From NCBI GenBank assembly GCA_964587725.1, contig CAZPLO010000004.1, positions 1 through 64,000 on the forward strand: a DNA stretch of 64,000 nucleotides, given 5' to 3'. Position numbers and translations under genes: made by a program. Shown here piece by piece: positions 7,862 through 19,346 of the stretch. Each line of letters begins with the position of its first letter. Within the stretch, counting starts at the first letter, position 1. Under the pieces are notes generated by a model, which was given only the letters and a program-made list of their open reading frames with translations, was not told where the DNA came from and did not search any database. This DNA is from an uncultured archaeon. GTDB taxonomy: Archaea > Altiarchaeota > Altiarchaeia > IMC4 > SCGC-AAA252-I15.

Positions 7862-10579
7862 TCAAATAGATGGTGAACGGGTGTTCCACCACTTCTGCAG
7901 CTCCAGGTAGATGAACCCCATGCTTGACACCCCCATCACCAGCAGGAACAGTTGAGGCGTTATGTACTGCACGTGCGTGAGCTCCTGCATGGTCAGCGAG
8001 GTGAACGGGATGGGCAGCGGCACGTACACCAACGCAAGCACAACAGCCAGCGAAAGGCCGACGGCAGCCAGCAGCCACTTGTTCTTAAGGATGCCCACCT
8101 TGAACGCGGGATAACGGGTGGACCGTGAAGCGAACGCCTGATACATCTCGAAAAACGCTATGGTCAAAAACGCCACCGTCTGAGCCTCGAACATATTGTC
8201 GGCTTCGGCGTCGTAAACCCACATGAACAACGCCATTGTGGTCATAATCATCAGCAGGGGATACCATGCTATGAACGGCGACAAACCCCTGTGGAGGGGC
8301 TCGCCGCGGGACCTCGGCTTCCGCTTCATGGCGCCCGGCTCGAACGGGTCCACACCCAACGCCAGTGCAGGCAGGCCGTCGGTGACCAGGTTGATAATCA
8401 GAATCTGCGACGCCGTCAGCGCAATCGGCACCGACGGTATAAGGGACGACAGGAACACCACAGCAACCTCCCCGATGTTACCGGATATGAGGTAGGCGAA
8501 GAACTTCCGGATGTTGTCGTAGATTCCGCGACCCTCCTCTACCGCCCGCACAATCGACGCGAAGTTGTCGTCCGTCAACACCATGTCCGCCGCCTCCTTG
8601 CTGACGTCCGTGCCGGTGATGCCCATCGCAACGCCGATGTCCGCCTTCTTCAATGCGGGGGCGTCGTTGACGCCGTCGCCGGTCATCGCCACCACGTTGC
8701 CCTTAGACTGCAGGGCCTCCACGATACGCAGCTTATGTATGGGCGACACCCGCGCATACACCGAAACGCGGTCCACCGCCTCCAGAAGCTGGTCGTCGCT
8801 CATCTCCTCCAGCTGCCGGCCGTTCAACACCTCATCGCCTTCAGAGGATATGCCCAGGCCCTCGGCTATGGCCTTGGCCGTCAGCTGATGGTCGCCGGTG
8901 ACCATGATAATCCTGATTCCCGCGTCCCGGCACTGCTGCACCGAAGGCCGGGACTCCTCCCTCGGCGGGTCAATCATGGCCGTCAACCCCAGGAACACCA
9001 TGTCGCCTTCCACGGAATCGTGGTCGTAGTTTTTTGGTATTTTACGGTAGGCGAAGGCCAGCACCCTATAAGCCTTAGACGCCATCCCCGCGTTGACTTC
9101 CAGGACTCGGTTCCTGCTTTCCTCATCCAGCGGCTTCTCGCCGCCCTCATCCATTATGCTTGAACACAGTTCCAACACCACGTCGGGGGCGCCCATGGTG
9201 TACGCCACCAGGCCGTCGGATTTCTCGTGGACTGTTGTTTTCCTCTTGCGTTCGGAACTGAACGGTATCTCGTCCGCCCGCGGGTATTTCTGGTTGAGGT
9301 CGTCCTGCATCAGACCCGCTTTCGCGCCCGCCACCAAAACGCTGCCTTCCGTAGGGTCGCCGTATATTCCGTCCGAGTTCAGGCGGGCGTTGTTGCACAA
9401 TACGCCGGCTTCCAGCAGTCGTAGCATCTGGTCGCCGGGTTCAACGTCCCCTGAATCCTCTTTGAACCCGCCTTCGACGGCGTAGCCTTCGCCGGTCACC
9501 TCCACCGTCCTGTCCGGCACCCACAGCAGCTTCACAGTCATCTCGTTCTTGGTGAGCGTTCCGGTCTTGTCGGTGCAGATTACCGTAGTTGAGCCGAGGG
9601 TTTCGACCGCCGGCAGCTTCCGTATGATGACGTTCTCCTTCACCATCCGCCTCGTGCCAACGCCCAACGCGACGGTGACGACGCCCGGCAGCCCCTCCGG
9701 AACCGCCGCCACGGCCAACGCAATCGCGACGATGAACATCTCCAGCACCGGCTCGTCGTTGAACAGCACGCCTGTGAAGAAAACAACGGCGCAGAGGACT
9801 ATCACAGCCACCCCAATCTGCTTCCCCAGCAGGCCCAGCCGGTCCTGCAGCGGAGTCTTCTCCTTCTTAATCTCCTGAATCCGAGATGCAATGGACCCGA
9901 ACTCCGTCCTCATCCCTGTGGACACCACCACCCCCCTGCCTTTACCGTAGACGACGCTGGTGCCGGTGTAAAGCATTGTGGAGCGCTCAGCCAGGGGGGC
10001 GTCCTTCTCAACCGCCTTCACGCCCTTGTTCACCGGAGTCGATTCGCCGGTCAGGGAGGACTCGTCGGCCTTGAGCTCCACCGCCTCCAGCAGGCGTATG
10101 TCGGCGGGGACCCTGGTGCCGGCCTCAACCAGCACGACGTCCCCCGGAACCAGGTCGGCTGCGTCGACGGTCTGTTCCACGCCGTCCCGCAGCACCCTCG
10201 CCTGCGGACTCATCATCTTCTTCAGCGCCTCCAACTCCTTCTCCGCGCTGTACTGCTGGTAGAACCCCACCACCACGATGAACGCCACAATCACCAGAAT
10301 CAGTCCGGCCTCCACCATCTCCTGCGGACTCTCCTCCATGAATCCTATGCCCAATGAGACCGCCGCGGCCGCCATCAGCAGGAGTATGAGGAAATCCTTG
10401 AACTGCTCCACCAGTATGTCGAACGGCGTGGTCCCGCCCCGCTCCTCCAGCCGGTTGGGTCCGTAGAATGAGAGGCACTCGCCGACGTCGGCGGGTTTAA
10501 GGCCTTTTTCCGAAGTATTGAGTTTCTTCAGGACCGCGTCCGCGTCCATACTGTGCCAGCCGGCTTCAGGAACGGGCAT
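7862..10579 (-). CDS. cation-transporting P-type ATPase, type IIA (Ca2+-like)
   Basis: LTGES, AVPEGLP, DKTGTLT, TGDGVNDAPALK, NLVTDGLPA. Confidence 0.95.
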   Translation of the reverse strand: MPVPEAGWHSMDADAVLKKLNTSEKGLKPADVGECLSFYGPNRLEERGGTTPFDILVEQFKDFLILLLMAAAAVSLGIGFMEESPQEMVEAGLILVIVAFIVVVGFYQQYSAEKELEALKKMMSPQARVLRDGVEQTVDAADLVPGDVVLVEAGTRVPADIRLLEAVELKADESSLTGESTPVNKGVKAVEKDAPLAERSTMLYTGTSVVYGKGRGVVVSTGMRTEFGSIASRIQEIKKEKTPLQDRLGLLGKQIGVAVIVLCAVVFFTGVLFNDEPVLEMFIVAIALAVAAVPEGLPGVVTVALGVGTRRMVKENVIIRKLPAVETLGSTTVICTDKTGTLTKNEMTVKLLWVPDRTVEVTGEGYAVEGGFKEDSGDVEPGDQMLRLLEAGVLCNNARLNSDGIYGDPTEGSVLVAGAKAGLMQDDLNQKYPRADEIPFSSERKRKTTVHEKSDGLVAYTMGAPDVVLELCSSIMDEGGEKPLDEESRNRVLEVNAGMASKAYRVLAFAYRKIPKNYDHDSVEGDMVFLGLTAMIDPPREESRPSVQQCRDAGIRIIMVTGDHQLTAKAIAEGLGISSEGDEVLNGRQLEEMSDDQLLEAVDRVSVYARVSPIHKLRIVEALQSKGNVVAMTGDGVNDAPALKKADIGVAMGITGTDVSKEAADMVLTDDNFASIVRAVEEGRGIYDNIRKFFAYLISGNIGEVAVVFLSSLIPSVPIALTASQILIINLVTDGLPALALGVDPFEPGAMKRKPRSRGEPLHRGLSPFIAWYPLLMIMTTMALFMWVYDAEADNMFEAQTVAFLTIAFFEMYQAFASRSTRYPAFKVGILKNKWLLAAVGLSLAVVLALVYVPLPIPFTSLTMQELTHVQYITPQLFLLVMGVSSMGFIYLELQKWWNTRSPSI

Positions 10580-10649
10580 GATAAGAATATACTATGTATT
10601 AATAATAAAGGTTTCAACGTGAACCGGATACATTTAAACCGCGGAGTGT

Positions 10650-11579
10650 ATGTTAGGTAAGATGGATTACGAGGTATTGGTTGTGGGCGGCGGGCCCGCG
10701 GGATTGTCGGCTGCTATTACTGCGGCGTACTACAAGCTGAAGGTCATAGTCGTAGAGTCGGCTCTTGCGGGCGGCGCGTTGATAAACCAGTACCCGTGGA
10801 AGACGGTCGACAACTACCTCGGCATACGCGGGAAAACCGGGTTGGAGGTGGCGAACATCATCTCAGACCACGCCCGCAAGGAGGGCGTTGAAATACGGCA
10901 GAACGAGACCGTCGCAGACGTGAAGAAACGGGACGGCGGACTGACCGTGACCACGTCCAAGGGCGAATACGATGTCAATGCGGTCGTTTTGGCGTGCGGC
11001 CTCGGGTCGCCGAGGAAACTCGGCGTCGAAGGCGAGGAACTCGACGGGGTGAACTTCTGCCTCCCAGACCCCAAGGCATACGAGGGCAGGAAGGTTCTGG
11101 TCATAGGCGGCGGCGACACCGCCGTCGAATGCGCGGTGGAGTTGAAACGCAACGGAGCCGACGTAAGCATCGTGCACCGGAGGGACAAGTTCAGGGCCAC
11201 CGACAAGAACGTCGCCTGCATAGGAGACGAATGCGTCAACGTTCTCTGGAACACCGAGGTTAGGAGGATAGAGGGCTCCGGGAGGGTGGAGAAGGCAGTA
11301 TTGTTCAACAACAAAGACGATGCGGAGACGGTGTGGGACGCGGACGCCGTGCTGTTCAGCCTCGGCACCGTAGCCAACACCGAATTCCTTGAAAAAGTGG
11401 GCGTCGAATTGGACGGCAGCAGGGTGAAGGTCGACGGCGACATGCGCGCCAGCATCGAGGGCGTGTTCGCAGCCGGCGACGTGGTCGGGAAATGGATTAG
11501 GATACCGCAGGCAGTCGGCGAAGGCGGACTCGCCGGCCTCAACGCGTTCAAGTACGTGAAGAATCCTTACTGGGGTTGA
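10650..11579 (+). CDS. thioredoxin-reductase-like FAD/NAD(P) oxidoreductase
   Basis: GGGPAG, GGGDTA, HRRDKFR, FAAGD; no CxxC at the usual position (FCLPD). Confidence 0.85.
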   Translation: MLGKMDYEVLVVGGGPAGLSAAITAAYYKLKVIVVESALAGGALINQYPWKTVDNYLGIRGKTGLEVANIISDHARKEGVEIRQNETVADVKKRDGGLTVTTSKGEYDVNAVVLACGLGSPRKLGVEGEELDGVNFCLPDPKAYEGRKVLVIGGGDTAVECAVELKRNGADVSIVHRRDKFRATDKNVACIGDECVNVLWNTEVRRIEGSGRVEKAVLFNNKDDAETVWDADAVLFSLGTVANTEFLEKVGVELDGSRVKVDGDMRASIEGVFAAGDVVGKWIRIPQAVGEGGLAGLNAFKYVKNPYWG

Positions 11580-12016
11580 GCCAGTTTTTTGGCGAAGTCT
11601 CTGGCTTTTTTAATCTCATTATTACCGGGCTTGTTCTTGTTCAAACCACCTATGAAGCCGTAGGGGCCGTGGGTGTTGAGTCCAGGATACGATACGTCGC
11701 CGACTATTTCCGCGCCGGCGGACTTCAGCTTGGACTTCAGGTGAAGGTGGTTGAAGAATGTGAGAAACGGCATGCCGGCGGTGGAGAACACGAACACCTT
11801 CTTGTCTTTCAAATCCAGTCTGCCGACGAACTCGAACAATGAGCGGTGGTGTCTGGCGTGGTATATGCCGGAGCCGAACCCTATGAGGTCGTATGATTCT
11901 ATGGACCCCACCTCCGACGGCTTCTTGAGGTCGGCCTTGAGCTCCCGCCGCATGGCCTTCGCGATTTTTTCGGTGTTGCCGTGGTGAACCGACTCGCAGA
12001 CTATCAGACACTTCAT
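11567..12016 (-). CDS. flavodoxin family protein
   Basis: SVHHGNTEKIA, GFGSGIY, VFSTAG. Confidence 0.88.
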   Translation of the reverse strand: MKCLIVCESVHHGNTEKIAKAMRRELKADLKKPSEVGSIESYDLIGFGSGIYHARHHRSLFEFVGRLDLKDKKVFVFSTAGMPFLTFFNHLHLKSKLKSAGAEIVGDVSYPGLNTHGPYGFIGGLNKNKPGNNEIKKARDFAKKLAQPQ

Positions 12017-12564
12017 CTTTCCTTCATCGGCTTCGGCGACTCCGGGCTCGCCAGCGTCTCCGAACCCATCTCCTCTATGACCTTGGTGAACAGTTCCTCG
12101 GGCGAGTCCTTCAATACGCTGCCTGCGGAGAGGACGTGCAGTTTCTTCAGCTCAGATATGTGGCCGCGCTCCGTCTGCAGTATGTGGAAGTAGTTATCCA
12201 GTTCCTTAAGGCTTCTGAAGCCGTAGACGACCATGTGGGTGACGTCGCCTTCCGAGAACCTGTAAACCCGTATGAGGTGGGGGCCCTTCACCCGCTGACG
12301 GATGTCGTCCTTCTCCAGCCGCGTCCACGAGCCGGAGCGGAATCTGAAGAACGCTATCGCCAACACCTCTATGCCGAGTTTCTCGTAGTCGACGTCGGCG
12401 TGGTAGCCTGTTATGACGCCTGAGCCCTCCAGCTTTTCCTTGATTCTGCCCACCGCCTGGGAGGTGATGCCCAGCTCCTTGGCTATCTCCGTCGAGGTGG
12501 CGCGGCCGTCATGTATTAGGTGCTTAAGGACCCCCCGCTCATTGCCAGAGATATTTAGTTTCAT
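12013..12564 (-). CDS. Lrp/AsnC family transcriptional regulator
   Basis: DGRATSTEIAKELGITSQAV...LEGSGVITGY HTH; start at MKLNIS (the longer ORF-track extension runs antisense into gdhA). Confidence 0.9.
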   Translation of the reverse strand: MKLNISGNERGVLKHLIHDGRATSTEIAKELGITSQAVGRIKEKLEGSGVITGYHADVDYEKLGIEVLAIAFFRFRSGSWTRLEKDDIRQRVKGPHLIRVYRFSEGDVTHMVVYGFRSLKELDNYFHILQTERGHISELKKLHVLSAGSVLKDSPEELFTKVIEEMGSETLASPESPKPMKER

Positions 12565-12670
12565 CTTGAAAAATAAAATGATTATAAGTTTAAAAATGAG
12601 TCCATCATTTGATTTAGTTTTTAAAGATGAACTACATATTATTGGAGAGCAAAAAAAAAGAACGGTGTGA

Positions 12671-14005
<1,335 letters not shown>

Positions 14006-14108
14006 CGGGCCCCCCCTTTTTAATGATTATCTCAATTTTTGGTTGAAATTTTGAACATTTTTTCATAAAAACGATAAGTATTTATAGTACTTTTGCACAG
14101 TATATACT

Positions 14109-15458
14109 ATGGCTGAGCTGGACGAGCTTAAGGAGAAAGTGCTGGAAGACGTGAAGAAAGACGATGTCAAATTCGTGAACCTCATGTTCACGGACATAAT
14201 GGGCGCCATAAAAAGCGTCACCATAACCGTGGAGCAGCTGGAGGACAGTCTCGAGAAGGGCACGTGGTTCGACGGCTCCAGCATAGAGGGATTCGCCAGG
14301 ATACACGAGTCCGACATGATACTCAAGCCGGACCCGTCGACGTACGCGGTGATTCCGTGGGAGCCGAAGGAGAAGTCCACAGCCCGCCTTATATGCGACG
14401 TGCTGAAGCCCGACGGCAAACCCTTCGAGGGAGACCCCAGATACATACTGAAGCGTGCAATGGAAAAGGCCGCCAAGATGGGCTTCTACTACGACACCGG
14501 CCCGGAGCTTGAGTTCTTCCTTTTCAAGAGAGACAATGGCGGAATCGTGCCCGTACCACACGACGTCGGAGGCTACTTCGACTTCAGCGCACGGGACCTC
14601 GCCACCAGGGTGCGGAGGGATATAGTGTTGGCTCTGGAGGACATGGGGTTGACGGTTGAAACATCACACCACGAGGTGGCGCCCGGCCAGCATGAGATAG
14701 ACTTCAAATACGACGAGGCTCTGAAATGCGCGGACTACACCATAACGTTCAAGCACGCGGTGAAGGCCATCAGCGCCGAACACGACCTCTACGCAACGTT
14801 CATGCCCAAACCCATATTCGGCGTGAACGGCAGCGGCATGCACGTCCACCAGAGCCTCAAAAACCTCAAGACCGGGAAGACGGCCTTCTACGACGAGAAA
14901 GACAAGTACAGGCTGTCTAAGGTGGCGTACAGCTTCATCGCCGGCCAGCTGACCCATGCGAGGTCCATGTCCGCTGTATTGGCTCCGACGGTCAACAGCT
15001 ACAAGAGGCTGGTGCCAGGATACGAGGCCCCGGTCTACATCTGCTGGGGGCAGGTCAACCGCTCCGCCCTCATAAGGGTGCCCAGGTACAGCCCCGGCAG
15101 GGAGGAGTCAACGCGCTGCGAACTCAGGTGCCCGGACCCGAGCTGCAGCCCCTACCTGGCGTTCGCTGTGATGCTGACGGCGGGACTCAACGGCGTGGAG
15201 AAGAAGATGGAGGCCCCCGACCCTGTGGAGGAGGACGTATACCACTTCGACGACGAGAAGCTGAAGAAGCATTACATAGAGACGCTCCCGAGCAGCCTGG
15301 AGGAGGCCGTAGACGAGCTCTGCGGAAGCAAACTCATGATGGATGCCCTTGGGAGGCACACCTTCGAGCGCTACGTCGCGGCCAAGCGGCTGGAGTGGGA
15401 CGGCTTCCGCACCACAGTAACCGACTGGGAGATACGGAGATACCTGGAGATACTCTAA
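14109..15458 (+). CDS. glnA: glutamine synthetase type I
   Basis: FDGSSIEG, HHEVAPGQHE, MPKP..GVNGSGMH, NSYKRLVPGYEAP, ELRCPDP. Confidence 0.97.
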   Translation: MAELDELKEKVLEDVKKDDVKFVNLMFTDIMGAIKSVTITVEQLEDSLEKGTWFDGSSIEGFARIHESDMILKPDPSTYAVIPWEPKEKSTARLICDVLKPDGKPFEGDPRYILKRAMEKAAKMGFYYDTGPELEFFLFKRDNGGIVPVPHDVGGYFDFSARDLATRVRRDIVLALEDMGLTVETSHHEVAPGQHEIDFKYDEALKCADYTITFKHAVKAISAEHDLYATFMPKPIFGVNGSGMHVHQSLKNLKTGKTAFYDEKDKYRLSKVAYSFIAGQLTHARSMSAVLAPTVNSYKRLVPGYEAPVYICWGQVNRSALIRVPRYSPGREESTRCELRCPDPSCSPYLAFAVMLTAGLNGVEKKMEAPDPVEEDVYHFDDEKLKKHYIETLPSSLEEAVDELCGSKLMMDALGRHTFERYVAAKRLEWDGFRTTVTDWEIRRYLEIL

Positions 15459-15509
15459 AGTATCTCTTTTCTTAATTATTTATATTTTCTGCATTTTATT
15501 ATAAATTAT

Positions 15510-16166
15510 TTATAAAAAATACTGCATCACCATGTATGCGAAATACATGGAAACGAGGAGCAGGAATCCCGCTGAAACACACTCTATCAGGCGCACGCGC
15601 CTTCTGAGCCACTCGTTCATTGCATGGCCGGACAGCAGGCCGACGAGCAGCATGGGAACGCTGAGGCTGACGCTGAATCCGAAGATGAGCAGCAGGCCAT
15701 CCAATACCGTGGAAGATGAGAGGAGTGCTGGCAGCACCCCCGCAATCATGAACGGCAGATTGCACGGGCTTATGACCGTGGCGAAGAACACGCCGGTGAG
15801 GAACGCGCCGAAGACGCCGGAACCCTGAACGCTTGTGAAGCCGAATGTGCGGCCGTATAATGTGAGGAGGCCGAGTGACTGGAGCGCGAACAGAGAGCAT
15901 ACGACAGCCGCCAGAGCATACAGTATCAGGTAGACCGTGTCGAGACTACGGAATACGACGTCGCCCAGAATCCTCAACGCGAACCCCATCAGCAGATAGA
16001 ATACGGCGTACATCAGGGAGAGACCGGCCGCAAACGCGACAGCCGCAAGCTTCCTCTGCCGCTCCCGCGCCAGCCTGTTGAGGAGGAGAGGATACACCGG
16101 CAGACTGCAGGGGCTGAACGCAGCCAGCAGGCCCGCCGTAACGCTGAATATGAACAACCCGTTCAC
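15510..16166 (-). CDS. CcdA/DsbD-family transmembrane electron transporter
   Basis: six hydrophobic segments with paired FSPC / ISPC Cys motifs. Confidence 0.85.
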   Translation of the reverse strand: MNGLFIFSVTAGLLAAFSPCSLPVYPLLLNRLARERQRKLAAVAFAAGLSLMYAVFYLLMGFALRILGDVVFRSLDTVYLILYALAAVVCSLFALQSLGLLTLYGRTFGFTSVQGSGVFGAFLTGVFFATVISPCNLPFMIAGVLPALLSSSTVLDGLLLIFGFSVSLSVPMLLVGLLSGHAMNEWLRRRVRLIECVSAGFLLLVSMYFAYMVMQYFL

Positions 16167-16981
16167 CCCACATCACACCCCGAAGCCCGCTCCACCATAC
16201 CCTTGACGGAGGTCATGGAGACCTCCCCGTTGGCTTTGAACACGCCGTTCGAGCCCTCCACTATGATGAGTGGGAGAGACACCCTCGCCCCGAATAACGG
16301 GGTGAGTTCGTTGACGTGCTGGTAGTAGCTTAGTTTCTCATACACTATGCAGTCGCGGTTGTCGTCCACCAGCTTATTCAACCTAGCCCCCACTACCCTG
16401 CAGACGGGACAGGCAGTGGATTCATAGAACCGTATGTCCGCCTTGCCTTCGGCGAACGCCTGCTGGCGTTCGCTCGGCGTCAGCTCACGGATCACATCCC
16501 GGGAGGTGGCGTAGGTGTCGGTGTCCACATCCAGTGTGACGGAGGCGTTCCCGTGGCCTTCCAGCGAGACGGTGACTTCATGCACTCCGCCTGGGACGCT
16601 CAAGACAAGGTACCCCCCATCCTCGGTCGGGCCTTCGTAGCGGCCGTCAAAATACACGGAGGCGCCGGTGACCGGCTCTCCCGAGGAGCCGACGTTCAAC
16701 CGGACATCGTCCCCTGAGTAGATTACGTCGGGCTCGTGGGAGACGGACAAGGGAGGATTGGAGATTGTTGTGGAAGTGGATGTCGAGGTAGTGGTGGACG
16801 GGTGAATGATGGTGGACGTTGTGGTCGAGGGCATAGTGGAAGACGATGTTGTGGTTGATGGGGTTTCGGGCAGCTTCAGGGCGTCTTCGCCGCTGAAAAC
16901 CACTAATCCAACGACCAGCGCCCCGGCTGCAACCACCATGAACGCTATGAACGCCAGAGTCAGCAATAATCCCGTGTTCAT
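16163..16981 (-). CDS. membrane-anchored thioredoxin-like protein (TM, Thr/Ser stalk, PEGA-like domain, CPVC)
   Basis: N-terminal TM, STTT linker, ASVYFDGRYEG, FYESTACPVC, LP motif. Confidence 0.7.
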   Translation of the reverse strand: MNTGLLLTLAFIAFMVVAAGALVVGLVVFSGEDALKLPETPSTTTSSSTMPSTTTSTIIHPSTTTSTSTSTTISNPPLSVSHEPDVIYSGDDVRLNVGSSGEPVTGASVYFDGRYEGPTEDGGYLVLSVPGGVHEVTVSLEGHGNASVTLDVDTDTYATSRDVIRELTPSERQQAFAEGKADIRFYESTACPVCRVVGARLNKLVDDNRDCIVYEKLSYYQHVNELTPLFGARVSLPLIIVEGSNGVFKANGEVSMTSVKGMVERASGCDVG

Positions 16982-17029
16982 CCTTCCAGATAGTGTTTAG
17001 CGGGAAAAAAACGGCAGGTATCCACTTGG

Positions 17030-17671
17030 TTACCCTATGCTGCCGCACATCAGAAGGTCCTCGAACGCCTTCGGCGTCGGAACCACGTAGGCGTTAGCGC
17101 CCCTGACCACGACGGGGTAGTAGCCGACGCGGGTGGCTAAGTCGTTGTTGTAGTAGAACTGTCCATCCTCCAGGTATTCCGCATTAATCTGGCTGTTGCA
17201 TGCGTCCAGTTCCTCGTCCGACTTGCATTCTTCAATCCTGAACATCACCGAGTAGTCGTCGAGGTACAGTTCCAGGTTCTTTGAGGGGATGTTGTCGCTC
17301 AAATAAATCACGTCTGCGCGGTCGGCCATGCACGCGGCAATCTGGTACTGGCTGAAGGTGGATGAAGTGGACGCAGTGGTTGCAGTAGTGGACGTAGTGG
17401 ACGTGGTTGACGTGGTGGTCGTCGACGTGGTAGTGGACGTGGTTGGCGTGGTGGTCGAAGTAACCGTCGAAGACGTGGTCGACGTATCAGGTACGACACC
17501 GGCGGGAAGGCCCCCGGAGGTCGAGAGTGTGTAGATTACCGCCGCCGCCAAAACAGCCAAAACAACCAGGGCAAGCAGCGTGCCTGACGCCACTATCATG
17601 CTAACATACCGGCGTGGGAGATCCGCATCCTTTTTCTCCTCCCCGGCGCCCGTATCGGAAAGCCTGCTCAT
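17030..17671 (-). CDS. membrane-anchored Thr-rich protein with degenerate thioredoxin-like domain
   Basis: TM, long Thr/Ser tract, then IAACM...EC...C...GYYP...LLMC; no CxxC. Confidence 0.6.
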   Translation of the reverse strand: MSRLSDTGAGEEKKDADLPRRYVSMIVASGTLLALVVLAVLAAAVIYTLSTSGGLPAGVVPDTSTTSSTVTSTTTPTTSTTTSTTTTSTTSTTSTTATTASTSSTFSQYQIAACMADRADVIYLSDNIPSKNLELYLDDYSVMFRIEECKSDEELDACNSQINAEYLEDGQFYYNNDLATRVGYYPVVVRGANAYVVPTPKAFEDLLMCGSIG

Positions 17672-17733
17672 GAGACCACGTAATAGATTCTGACTCTATG
17701 TTTTAATACGGGATTGTTAAAATACTTAATGAG

Positions 17734-18375
17734 ATGAATGCGAGACCGTGGGGGCTGGTTTTCGCGGTTTTCCTGGCTGTGTCAGGGGCCTCCCAGGAAT
17801 TCAACTACACCATGCCCTCACACAGTACCTCCTCCGCATCGTATTCCGCCAGTACGGCGTCTTCGTCGTCCACGTCCGCGGAAGAGGTTCGGCGCAGGAC
17901 GACAGCAGCGGTGCCGATTGTGACAACGACTCTGCCGTTCAAGGCGGGAAGGTACAGGTCGGGGGAAATTGAGGCCCTGAGGGGGAATCTCTCCGCGGCC
18001 ACCACCACCCTCCGGGCGCCGGTGTGCGGAGGAACCTTTTCATTCTGCAGCATAGAGTACGACTCCGACTCCGACGGCAGACCAGACTGCTGCACCCCCG
18101 ACAACAACCCCGTATGCGAGTGCCTGGACGAATGCAGGGACGTCTGCGGTGTGAACTACAGGGGAGTGGTGTCATGTTTCACAGACCCCAAATACGGAGT
18201 ACAGTGTCACTGCAGCAAAACCCCCCCCACCTGCTACAGACTGGACATAACCCCCAACACGACGCAGCCGCCAGCCGCCGGCGGAGGCGGGAACATACTG
18301 GTCTACCTTTTTGTGCTAGGCACCATACTATTCGGCCTTGCAGGTGCGGTTCACTTCCTCCACAGAACACGGTGA
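17734..18375 (+). CDS. secreted Cys-rich surface protein with C-terminal anchor
   Basis: signal peptide, Ser/Thr linker, Cys cluster, C-terminal TM with basic tail. Confidence 0.7.
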   Translation: MNARPWGLVFAVFLAVSGASQEFNYTMPSHSTSSASYSASTASSSSTSAEEVRRRTTAAVPIVTTTLPFKAGRYRSGEIEALRGNLSAATTTLRAPVCGGTFSFCSIEYDSDSDGRPDCCTPDNNPVCECLDECRDVCGVNYRGVVSCFTDPKYGVQCHCSKTPPTCYRLDITPNTTQPPAAGGGGNILVYLFVLGTILFGLAGAVHFLHRTR

Positions 18376-18377
18376 AC

Positions 18378-18818
18378 ATGAGCGGCTACAGAACCCACCT
18401 CCTGTTCTACCTCGGTTTGTCGGCGCTGCTGGCGTACGCGTGGACCGGAACCGGCAGGCCTATGGGAGTGGGGGAGGTCTCCGCCGTTGCCTTAGGAGCC
18501 GTGTATACGCTGCTCCCGGACGCGGACTCGCCGTCGTCGAAGGTGAGGAAGATGCTGGGAAAGACGGTTTTTGCGGTGGTGGTTCTGGCCTTGGCAGCCG
18601 GAATCCTCTACCAGTCAACGCACGCCCTTGTCGCCGCCGCCGGCTCGGCGGCGCTTTTCCTGATGCTGTGGAACGCCAGACACAGGGGTTTCTTCCACAC
18701 AACATATGCGGGGGTTTTGCTGTCGGCTCCGCTGCTGCTGGCTGGCCCACTCTACGCGGCAATGGGTTTCATAGGATACTGCAGCCACCTGCTGTTGGAC
18801 GGTAGGCTGCTCAGATAG
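18378..18818 (+). CDS. metal-dependent membrane hydrolase (YbcI/DUF457-like)
   Basis: TH, LPDAD, HRGFFH, SHLLLD; start MSGYRTH after GGTGA. Confidence 0.85.
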   Translation: MSGYRTHLLFYLGLSALLAYAWTGTGRPMGVGEVSAVALGAVYTLLPDADSPSSKVRKMLGKTVFAVVVLALAAGILYQSTHALVAAAGSAALFLMLWNARHRGFFHTTYAGVLLSAPLLLAGPLYAAMGFIGYCSHLLLDGRLLR

Positions 18819-19341
18819 TGTTGTGGCGCAGGTACTTCAGGCGGAAAAGAGTCGCCGCCAGAGGTATGAGGAAGAACAACGTGGCCAGTACCATCTCATA
18901 TTCTCGAAGGTCTACCATTTTCACGAGCGAGCCGAACACCGCCCCCAACAGAGCGCCGACTACGGCACCGACATACACGGCCTTTCTAGTATGTAGTCCA
19001 AGCTTCAGGCGCGAGTACATGTAGAGAACCCCTACGGGGGCCATTACCAGCGAGTACACAGGCTCGACGAAGTATATGAAGACTATTGCGCCGATGGAGA
19101 GCAGGGTGTGGAGTGATGGGATATCGTATTTCACGGCGGGTATGCAGTGGTATTCCACCGGCCTCTCCGTCCTCAATACCGCCTTCAATGTGATGCCGAC
19201 GGCCAGAGACGACACGAGGAAGAGTCCGGCGACCGCGAACACAGGCCGCGTGAAATCCGTGGGAGTCGACGCCACATACACGAGTGCGAGTATGAAATAC
19301 GGCAGTTCCGGGACGCGGTCTATGACGTAGTAGATATTCAT
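18811..19341 (-). CDS. PAP2-superfamily membrane phosphatase
   Basis: KxxxxxxRP, PSLH, SRLKLGLH. Confidence 0.8.
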   Translation of the reverse strand: MNIYYVIDRVPELPYFILALVYVASTPTDFTRPVFAVAGLFLVSSLAVGITLKAVLRTERPVEYHCIPAVKYDIPSLHTLLSIGAIVFIYFVEPVYSLVMAPVGVLYMYSRLKLGLHTRKAVYVGAVVGALLGAVFGSLVKMVDLREYEMVLATLFFLIPLAATLFRLKYLRHNTI

Positions 19342-19346
19342 GGGTA

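Noticed and set aside
17350-17490. gtggacgt-type DNA repeats as a non-coding array
   Set aside because: They encode Thr/Ser linkers, as at about 16770, 32140 and 36750
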